Assembly (NCBI GenBank): GCA_001724265.1
Contig: MEDY01000218.1
Coordinates: 1 to 48,829 of the forward strand
Reading direction: 5' to 3'
Length of the DNA stretch: 48,829 nucleotides
Source of the DNA: Rhizaria sp. SCN 62-66
Lineage: Eukaryota
The position numbers were made by a program, and so were the translations under genes. Positions within the stretch are counted from its first letter, which is position 1, and the number at the start of each line of letters is the position of its first letter. A model generated the notes under the pieces. That model made no database searches, was not told where the DNA came from, and saw only the letters and a list, made by a program, of their open reading frames with translations. Positions 1 to 10,300 of the stretch are shown here, in pieces.

Positions 1-280
1 CGATCATCCGCCCGTCGCGCGAGAAGGCGATGCCCTGCGCCCAGGCGCCGACCGGCGCGCGGGCCACTTCGTGCAGGCGTCCGCGCTCGATGCGCAGGAT
101 CACCAGTTGCGCCTGCCCGCGCAGCGGATCGCCGTCCCGCCGGGCCGACCCGTTGTGGATCGTCACCGCGACGTGGCGATTGTCAGGGCTGACCTGGATC
201 CCTTCGGGGGTCGCCCCGACGCTGACCGTGTCCACGGTGAGGAACGGCTCGCGCTGGAGGTTGATGAGGGAGACGGTGTC
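1..280 (-). CDS. Fragment of a bacterial-like YncE/YVTN-type beta-propeller gene, in frame with the H-protein gene and running off the window edge
   Basis: Manual translation gives DTVSLINLQREPFLTVDTVSVGATPEGIQVSPDNRHVAVTIHNGS...VARAPVGAWAQGIAFSRDGRMI. It contains two 'VG..PEG/QGI..SPD/SRD' propeller-blade motifs. Codon style (GGG, CGG, GAA) differs from the adjacent H-protein exon. Confidence 0.7.
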
Positions 281-723
281 AGCGAGCGCCTCGTTGATCT
301 TGAGGACCTCGCCGTTGACGGGAGAGTAGACGTCACTGGCAGACTTGGTCGACTCGACGGCACCGAAGGAGCTGCCCTTGGTGACCTCAGCGCCCTATAA
401 AAAAAGGTAGAACGGGTATTGAATACGGTGAGTTGTGAGAGATTAGGAATGAGATCGTCTAGGAGAGCGGTGGTGGAAAGCGACAAAGTTTGAAAAAACA
501 AACGTACAACGGCAGGAAGGTCGCAGTAGACGAGCTCGCCGAGGGCCTCCTGAGCGTAATTGGAGATGCCAACAACACCGCTCTTCTTGTCACCGGAAAC
601 CTTGATGTACTCGTGGTCCTTAGAGTAGAAGGTAGCCATGGAACGCTGGGAAACAACGTTCACGAGGCCAGCGCGGGAAACGGTGGAGGCGGCCTTAACA
701 GCAGAGCGACGGACAGCGAACAT
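260..723 (-). CDS. GCSH: Glycine cleavage system H protein, mitochondrial; exons 723-508 and 394-~260; native C-terminus missing
   Basis: Mitochondrial-type presequence, then YSKDHEYI, VGISNYAQEALGELVYCDLP and, after a GTACGT...TAG intron (507-395), the lipoyl motif FGAVESTKSASDVYSPVNGEV..INEAL (lipoyl Lys at ~344-346). Confidence 0.93.
395..507 (-). other. Spliceosomal intron (113 nt) in GCSH
   Basis: GTACGT donor, T-rich tract and TAG acceptor; removal restores LPAV|GAEV. Confidence 0.9.
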
Positions 724-1349
724 ATCTACTGTAGAACATTACAAACAAAAACAACAAGCATGGAAAATTAAGTAAGAATGAGATCGGTGCAATACAATCC
801 CAATAAGTTTAAACAGAACAAAATCATTGTCTCTACACCCTCAAACAATGGCAGACTTTCGGGCTCGTCATGCGGGCCCTGTCCCCACCCCCTTACCACA
901 CACCACAGACCGTGGGCAGCCACTCGCCAATCCTACCAAACACGAATACAGGCGAGCGAGAAAAACGTTATAAAACTGTCAGAATAGGCTACATTGCAAG
1001 TAGAATTGCTCAGTTCAAGGACGACAATGTAGTGTAGTGAATATAGAATCTATTGAAAAAATAATATAACTTGAAACAGGTCAAAAACAAACAGCAAAAC
1101 AAACATCTACAAGAAAGGCTTGGTATCCAAAAGTGTTTCAAAGAGCCTCGCACGCCACCGGCCGAGGCCAGCAACGACGAAGCAGGACCCTGTGGCGCAA
1201 CAACGGGCGCGACAAGATTTAAATCAGACATAAAGCAACACCGAGAGCTGTTTTCGCTTCAATGTGCAAAGTTAAGACGAAAACACATGACATGAGTTTC
1301 CACAATCAAAAATTGCTCCCAAAGCAAGAGATACCCGGCGCGATCGCCC

Positions 1350-4300
1350 TTAGACGGCGCCCGCGAGCGCGAGCAGCGCGGCGGCGACGGCAAACAGGGC
1401 GGCGCCGGCGGCCGGCGCGGCGCCGCGCGCGGCGGCATTGCTCTCGCTCACGCCCGCGCAGTGCTGCGGCGGAACGGAGTAGCAGTAGGGCTTGGTGAAG
1501 TCCGGCTCGACGACGGAGCGTGCGTGGCAGCTGAGGAACTTGTCGAAGCCCGGGAGCGCGCCGACAAACATGTCCTCCAGGTCCTGCAGCACGGCCTGCG
1601 TGGCGGCCGCGGAGCCGGGCTCCAGGTCCGCGGGCGGCGGTGCCACGGCCTGCATGCCGCCATTGTTGTTGAGCAGAGCCAACAGCGGCGGGTTGAGGTT
1701 CAGCGAGCGCAGCGTGGCGGCCAGCGCGACGCGGCCCGCGGCCGTCAGCGAATTGGGCCGCACCATGAACACGGACCCGGGCGCCGTGGTGCGGCCGGCG
1801 ACGGAGGACGTGGTGAGCTGCGAGACCGTGCCCAAGCGCGCGGCGGGGAGCAGGTCGCACCACGAGGGCCGCACGCCCGCGACGACGATGTCGCCCACGC
1901 GGCCTGCCTTGCTGTACGGCGTGTTCGCGCCCGTGCCGCAAATGTTGTCGTAGGTCGTGTTGCGCACGAAAGCGACCTCGCACGCGCGCTCGGCGAGCCC
2001 GCGGAGGGCGCCGATCTCGCCCGCGTAGCGGTTGTAGCGGGAGCACGTGAGGACGGGTGTCGTCGTCGACGCCGGGACAGACACCACGGGGCCCGTCGCT
2101 GGGCTCTTGACCGTGATGAAGGACGAGTTGAACGTCGCGGGGCCCGCCTCGGAGAAGCACAGGTCGCACAGCCCCGTGTCCCGGTCGTTGTCGGGCGGCG
2201 CGCACGACGCCTTGAAGAAGCCGCGCATGGCCGCGACGAGCGGGCTGTGGCACGCGTCCACGACGGTTTGGCTCGCGTCGGTGACGGGCGCCGTGTCGAC
2301 GTCGAAGCCGGTGTCGGTGCTCTCGCTGCGCGCCCACGCCATCGCGAGCAGCGACGCTGAGGCCGAGAAAGAGGCGTGGCAGGACCGGAGCCCGCGTAGG
2401 TCGGCGAAGGTCGTCGTCGCCGGGTTGGTCGGGAACGGGCCCGCGACGTCCACGCCCGTGGGGTCCGTGGTGCGGTACAATGCCACCGTGTGCACGATCT
2501 CGTCCTGCGCGGACGACAGCAGCGAGTCGTCCAGTGCGGCCAGCTTCGCCGTGGCCGTGAACGCGGCCTTGGCGCCACCGGCCAGCGCGGCCGCGGCCGC
2601 GGCTTCGTAGCGCGCCCACCCCGCGTCGGCGCGGCGCTGGGCGCGCGTGAGGCTCATCACGGCGTCCGCGACGGCCGCCACAGGCGCAGCCGGCATCGCC
2701 GTGGCCGGGGCAGCCGCGCGAGACTCGGAGGCGGCGCTCGCAGAGGTAGCGAAGCCCGAGGGGTCGATGTCGGCGACTGCGCCGACGATGCTCGCGCGGT
2801 CGTTGACGGTGTCGGAGTAGGCCTCGGAGCCCTCGAGCGCGAAGACGGTGAGGCCGAGGCGCAGCGCGGCCAGCACGGCGGTGCCCGAGTCGACGGCGAC
2901 GACGTCGGTGAGTCCGCGGTACACGTCCAGGAAGGACGCCGAGAGCGCCGAGGCGCCGCCGACCGAGGCCTCCTCGGAGATGGTCTGCGGCACCGCGGCC
3001 TCGAGCGTGACGAGCGCGTTGGTCGAGGCGAGGAACTGGCCCAGGAGCAGCGCCTGCGACGGCAGCAGCGAGCGCGCGACGCCGAACCGGATCGGGTCGG
3101 CAGACGTGCCGATGCGCGTGTTGGCGCAGTCGGTGGGCGGGTAGTTGCCGGTGACCGTGTTGCCGTCGCCCCACACGCACGCGCCCTCGGCCGCGCAGGC
3201 CACGGTGGCGTTGACGCCCGCCATGGTCTGCACGCGCGTGTAGTAGCTGCCCACGGAGAGGTGCGTGTACATCGCCTGCTGCAGTCCCGTGAATGCGTTG
3301 GAGCCGAAGTTAGCGCTGCCCATGCTCGTGATGGAGCCCGCGGCCGAGCCGTCGGGCGTGGCCATGCCCGTCGCCAGCGGCTCATACCGCCGAAGCATTG
3401 CCATGTAGGTCCCGTTACCCGAAGACCAGAAGCTCGTGAGCGCGATCTGCAGCTGCGCCGCCAGCGCCGCGCCGAACGAGTCGGTGCGAATCAAGAAGCC
3501 CGCTGAGGGCACCACGGGCGCGGGCTTCTGCGCGTCGGCAAAGAACTCGGCCAGCGGGACCACGTTGCGCCACGACACGCCGTTGGCGCACCACGTGGGC
3601 GCCGTGTAGCCCGTTCGCGGCTGGCACGCGCGCGCCAGAGCGGTACGCTCGGCGACAGCGACGTCGCACACGCCGTCGAGCAGCCCGCGCAGTGCGCCTT
3701 GCGTCGACGCGTAGCCGTTGCGCGCGGAGCAGTCTTGGCGGCCGACGGCGGGGCAGATAGAGCAGCGGCCCACGTTGCCGGTCTCGCGCGGCGGCGAGCA
3801 GGTGCGGAAGAAGAGCCCGTCGACCATGGCCTGGTAGGGGCTCGTGCACGAGTCGGCGGGCTGGCCGGTGGGGTAGGCCGCGTTGCCGCCGGCCTCTTCA
3901 AACGCGAGCTGCAAGCGCAGACTGGCCGTGGAGAGCGTGCGCCCCCACTCGAGCGCGGCCGTGGTGGGCGCCGAGAGCAGCTCGCCGGTGCACGCGCGGA
4001 AGCCGGCGAGCTGGTTGAGCGTGGTGAAGCCCGACGCCGCGCGCACAAACGCGACCACCTCGCTCTGTGGCTTCGACGCGGGCTGCAGCGCCGCCGCCAC
4101 GTCGTAGTCGGTCGTCTGCGACAGCGCGGCGACCGAGAGCATGACGGCGCCCTGGAGGCGCCAACCGAGGTAGCCTGCGAAGGCGTCTCCCCAGACGACG
4201 TCGGCGGCATAGGTCTGGAGCGCCACGAGCGGGGTCGACGACGCGCGCACGGCGCGCAGCCGCAGCGTCGAGCTGGGTGTCGAGCTGCCGGGCGCGGCCA

Positions 4301-7300
4301 CGGTGTCGAAAAAGTCCTGGTAGGCCGCGAGCTGCTCGTCCGTGGTGAGCTCGGGGACGCCCACGCGGATCTCGCCCTGCAGCACGACGATCGACAGCGA
4401 CGTGGTGACCGAGCCACCGGTGTTAGCGCCAGTGATGGTGTAGGTCACGGCCGTCTGCGAGCGGCGCGGCGTGCCGGCGATGACGCCCGTGGTCGCGTTG
4501 AGAGTGAGCCCCGTGGGCAGCGCGGGCAAGACCGAGTACTCGCGGATGGGCCCGCCAGTGGTGTCGACGACGGGCACCAGCGCGGTGATCGCGGAGCCGG
4601 TATAGTACGTCGCCTGCGGGATCGTCTCGGCCGCCGCGAAGGCCGCAGTCATGCGGCCCACGGAGGCCGGCAGCAGTGACAGCAGGCCAGCCCCCACGGC
4701 CGCGGCCGCGGTCGACGCCGCGGCAGCGAAGCCGCCGCTGCCGAAAACGTCGCCGGCGCCGTGCACCTCGAGCGCCGAGTCAGCAGCCGCTGCAACGGCC
4801 GCGGGTGAGACGGAGGAGGGCGCGGAGGCGCGCGTGGCGCGCGGCGCGGCGGCGGCCTGGAGCGCGAGCGCGTCGGCGGGCAGCACGTAGTAGAAGCCCG
4901 CGGGCGGGCGGTCCAGAATGGTGATGTTGACCGTCTGTGTGTAGGTCCCGCCGCCGTTGCGGCACGTCACGGTGTAGGTTGTGAGGGTCTGCGCCACAGT
5001 GGGGTGGCCACGGAAGGCACCGGTGGTGGTGTCGAAGGTGACGCCCGCGGCCAGCGTCGAGGCCAGCGGCGTGATAGCGCAGGAGCGGATCGGGCCTGCG
5101 GTCGGCATGGGCAACGCGACGGGCGCGTTGGTCACCATGCGCGTGCCGTCGGCGATCGCGTAGTAGTCGGGGTACGCGTACGTGAAGGACGGCGGCGTCT
5201 CGGTGGTGAAGGGCCACGCGTTGGCGACGAGTCCCGGGAAAAAGTTGCCGGCCAGGTCGACGATGGCGTAGGGGTCGACGACGACGTAGACCTGCGTGGC
5301 GGCGGGCAGGTCCCACGGCGGCCAGATGTCGAGCGTGTCTGCCGCGGGCTGTTCCACGTTAGCCGTCACTGTGAGGTCGATGCGCGAGATGAGCACGTTG
5401 TCCGCCGCGCGGTACACCGTCACGAAGCGGCGCGTCGAGTTGGCGGGCGTCGAGCCGGGCAGCGAGGGCTGCGCCGCGCGCGCCTGAGCGTCGGTCGCGG
5501 GCAACACGGCCTCCGAGAAGACCATGATGAGCGATGTGAAGATGTCGACGTGCGTGGCGTTGACGGCGGGCGACAGTGTCAGCGCAGAGGGCGGCGTAAA
5601 GTCGCCGACTGTGAAGTTCCAGCCGCTGTGCGCGTAGGCCACGCCCGTGCCGAAGCCCTTGAATGTGTTGCCGGCGAGGTCCGCGAAGGCGTAGACGGTG
5701 GGGCCCGCCGAGACGGTGATGCGCACAAAGGTGAGCTCGGGCAGCAACGTGGTGACCGACACGGAGACGCTCTTAGTGCCGTTGCCGGTCACCAGCGACG
5801 AGTTGCCCAGAGAGACCGTGGCGAGCGTGGCGCCAGTCGCGCCCGTGCCGGTGACGAGCGAGACCGTGAGCTCGCCGGCCGTGTTGACCAAGACCGGCTC
5901 GTCGAAGGTCAGCACCAGCACGGGCTGCTGCGGCGCGTTGGTGGACCGTGTGGCGGGCACCAGCGCCGTGATCTGCGGCGGCGTCAGGTCCACGGTGGTG
6001 AAGCTCCACGCGGCGCACGTGGTGACGGCCTCGAAGGTGTTGCCGACGGCGTCGCGCACCACGCCGGCGTCGATGAGCACGCAGAAGACGGTGCTGTCGG
6101 TCAGCGGCTCGTTGCCGTAGTTGGCCGTGATCAGCGTGATCTGCAGCGTGGTCGAGCCAAAGCCCGAGGCCGCGGCGGCCGCGATGGCGCGCACGACAAT
6201 GCCGTCGCTCTGGCGCACGACGCGGTAGTAGGCCGACACCGCCGAGGTCGAGTACACCACCTCGGTGAAGGTGATGGTCAGGTTGGTGTTGACGGCGACC
6301 TGCACAGCCGCGTTCGCGGGCACGGTGACCGAGAGCTGCGGCGGCGTGAAGTCACCGGTGCGGAACGCCCAGTCCGTGGTGGCGCTGTAGCCGGCCCACG
6401 CGTTGCCGGCCAGGTCCGTGACGCAGCCGCTGTCGGCGAGCACGTAGTACTGGGTCAGGTCGAGCAGACGCGTGTTGAGCAGAAAGCCCAGCGTGGCGGT
6501 GCCCTGGCCCGAGATCGAGGGCGAGAGCGCCGTGCACTGCACCGAGTCCGCGAGCGAGTTGTCGCTGGCCAGGTAGAAGCGCACCGAGCCCGTGGCCGAG
6601 GCGGGCACGGTGACCAGCTCGGAGAAGACGAGGAAGTACGAGCCTGACACGGGCGCGGCCTGCGAGCCCGAGGCCGGAACCTGAGTGATGACGTACGGTG
6701 GCGTCGTGTCCACCGTGGTAAAGTACCACTGCCCCGACGTCGTGCCCAGGTAGCCGTTGCCGTACGCGTCCTGCCAGGTCCCCGCCGCGATCACAACGGT
6801 CAGCACCGCCGAGTCTGGCCACAGCGCGGGCGAGTTGCTCACCGTGATCTCGGTCGTGCCCGACCCCGTCACCGCCGCAGACGGCACCGCGATTGCGGCC
6901 AGCAGCGCGCCAGTCGCGTTGTTGAACACGCGCACCGAGCCCGACGCGTCGTTGACCAGCTTGTTGAAGGTAAGCAGCAGCGTGGCGTTGAGCGCGATGT
7001 TCACGGCGCCGATGGGCGGCACGTAGGTCACGACCGCGGGGGGGGTGAAGTAGCCCGTGGTGAACTTCCAGCTGGTCGACGAGAGGAAGCCGGCGAAGTA
7101 GTTGTTGGAGGCGTCGCTGATGGCCGAGGAGGGGACCGTGACGTAGAATAGCGTGCCCTCGGCCAGCGTGCCCGAGAGCGGCACCGACAGCGTCGCCGAG
7201 CCCGTGCCCGTGGCCGTGGACAACTGGATCGTCTGCACTGCCGCGCCCGAGGACGCGAGGAAGATGGTCAGCACGCCGCCGCGCGTGTACACGGGCTCGT

Positions 7301-10300
7301 CGAAGGTCAGCACCAGCGGCGCCGTGGTCGAGGCCCCCGTGGAGGCGTTGGCCGGCGTCAGCGATGTGATCACGGGCGGGGTGTTGTCCTGCACCGTCCA
7401 GTACCACGTCGTGGTCGCGGTGACGCCCGCGAAGGCGTTGCCGGCCAGGTCCACGACGGCGCCCGGCGAGATGAGCACGTAGTACTTGGTGAGATCCGCG
7501 AGCGACACGGTCATCTGCACCATGAGCTGCGTGCCAGAGTTGGTGCTCGACTGCGCGGCACCAACGAGAGTGACCGCCGAGGACGCGACCAAGAAGGTCT
7601 CGATGACTGCGCTGTCGTTGGCGCGGTAGACGGTGATGACGGGCCCCGTGGCGTTGGTCGCGTCGGTGGTCTTGACGACGGCCTCGCTGAAGGTCATCAG
7701 CAGCGTCGGCAGCGGGCCCACAGTGGTGGACGCCACCGTGGGCTGCACCGAGGTCAGCGTCGGCGGCGTGAAGTCGCCCGTGCGGAACGGCCACGCCGTG
7801 GCGCCCAGCAGCCCGGGGAAGACGTTGCCCGAGGCGTCGGCGAGCGCAGCAGAGGAGACGGTGATGTAGTACTTGGTCTGCTCCAGCAGCGTCGAGTGCG
7901 CGATGCGCAGCGTGTCGTTGGTTAGCGTCGTCGTCGCGAGCGTCAGCGACGGCGAGGGCACGGTGAAAGCGTTGACCGTAGCGCCCGTGGCCTGGAGGAA
8001 CACGGTCACCACGCCGCCCGTGCGCAGCACGATCAGCTCATCGAACACCAGCGTCGCGGGCCCGCCCGTGGACGCGGAGGTCGCGCCCACCGCGGGCAGG
8101 TAGACGATGACGCGCGGCGGCGTGAAGTCGCCCGTGGAGAAGGGCCAGCGCTCCTTGCTGGCGATGCCGGCGAACCAGTTGCCGGCCATGTCGGCGAAGG
8201 CGTCGGCATCGATGAGCACGTAGTACTTGGTCGAGTCAGCCAGCAGCATGTTGGGGTTGATGTCCACCGTGTGTGTGCCCGCGTACGTCGTCTGCGTCAC
8301 CAGCGGCGAGTCGGCGCGGATCTGCGTCACCAGCGTGTTGTTGTTGTACGTGTACAGCTTGATGTACCCCGTGCCGTACGTGACGGGCTCGTTGAACACG
8401 ATGACCAAGTGTGTGTCGACGGCGTTCCCGGTCGAGTTCTCCCGCGGCACAACCTCGATAATCACCGGCGGGTCCGTGTCGATCGTGGTGAAGTACCACT
8501 GCGACGCCGTCGTCGTGCCCACGTAGTAGTTGCCGCTGGCGTCCGCGAACGAGTCCGAGGACACGAGCACGTACAGCCGCGTCGACGACGGCAGCGCCGC
8601 GGAGGGCGTGATCACCACGGTCATCGACCCGGAGCCCGTGACCGCGCTGGACGCGGTCTGGATCGTCTCGACGAGCGCGTTGGTGTCGCTCTTGTAAATG
8701 GCGATCTTGCCGGTCGAGTTCGCGTGGACGTACACGACCTCGTTGAACGCGATCGACAGCGTCGCGTTGACGGCGACGCCGGTGGCGGCAACCGCGGGCG
8801 TGAAGGTCGTCACCAGCGGCGGCGTCGTGTCGATCGTGGTGAACGTCCACTCGGTCGTGTTGGTGATGCCCGCGAAGGGCCGGCCGAGCGAGTCCTCAAA
8901 GGCGTTAGGGGACACGAGCACGTACAGCGTGGCCAGCTCCGGCAGCGCTGTCGCGGGCGTAAGCGTGATCACGGCCGTGCCAGACCCGGTGACCTGGCTC
9001 GACGCCACGTCGATGCGCTGGACGAGCGTGCCGGCTAAGGCCCCCGTGGCGTAGTAGATGGACGTGTACAGCCCGCCCGTCGCACGCGGCCGCACGACCT
9101 TGCTGAAGGTGATGCGGAGCACCGAGCCCTTCTGGACGTCGGTGGCGCCGGGTACGGGGTAGAGCGCGGTATAGTAGGGCGGCGTCTTGTCGCCCGTGGT
9201 GAAGGACCATGTCGCGACCGAGGTGACACCCGCGAAGGCGTTGCCCGAGAGGTCGAGCACGGTGCCCGCCGAGATGAGCACGGAGTACTGCGTCAGGTCC
9301 ACGAGAGCCACGCTGCGCGGGACCGTCACGGTCGCGGTGCCCCAGCCGGTGGCGTTGACCGTGGCCAGGTTGATGGTCTCGACCAGGACCTCGTCGCTTC
9401 GGCGGACGATGCGCAGCGTGCCCGCCGTGGAGGGCCCCGCCACGACGGGCTCGCTGAAGGTCATCACCAGAGGGTCCAGCAGCGCGACGTCGACGGCGCC
9501 CGCAGCGGGGACCGTGGCCACCAGCACGGGCGGCGTCGTGTCCACCGTCAGGAACGTCCAGGCAGTCGCAGTCAGGAAACCCGGGTGGTAGTTGTTGGCG
9601 GCGTCGCGGAACACCGTGGAGCCGAAGTTGACGTAGTACCGCGTCGCCTGCAGCAGGTCCGCCGAGAGGCCGATGGGCAGCGAGAGGATCTGCGTGCCCT
9701 GGCCCTGCACGGCAACTGTGGCGACGTCGACCGAGGCAACCACGGAGCTGTCCGAGGCGCGGCGCAGGTAGATGAGTCCCGTGCCCACCCAGACGGGCTC
9801 GTCGAAGGTGATGGCGTAGGTGCGGATGGTGATGTCCACGTTGACGCCGTTGAGCGGCGGGGAGGCCGAGACTATCACGGGCGGGTCGTCGTCGCGAGTC
9901 GTGAAGGTCCACGCCGTGGGCACAGACAGCCCCGCGAAGGCGTTGCCGGCCAAGTCCGTGAAGGCGTCGGCCGCGACCAGCACGTAGACCTTGGTGAGCG
10001 AAGGCAGGCGCACCGAGGGCTGCACGGTCAGCGTGGACGTGTTGGCGCCCGCGAAGTAGCGCGCCTCGATCGTGTACAGCAGCGAGTTGTTAGCGAAGGT
10101 GTAGACCGAGACGAGGCCGGTGCCGTTGTTCGCGGCCCGCGCGAGCACGGGCTCCGAGAAGATCATCGTGAGGCGCGTGGCCGTGGGGACCGAGGTCGAC
10201 AGCGACGCCGGGTCCGTCGCGATCAGCGTCGGCGGCGTCGCGTCGGCCGTGCGGAACCGCCACGTGCCGTTGCCGGTGAAGCCCGCGAACACGTTGCCTG

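Noticed and set aside
163-723. 186-aa ORF as the full H protein
   Set aside because: It reads through the 395-507 intron into the wrong frame. The spliced frame restores the lipoyl motif.
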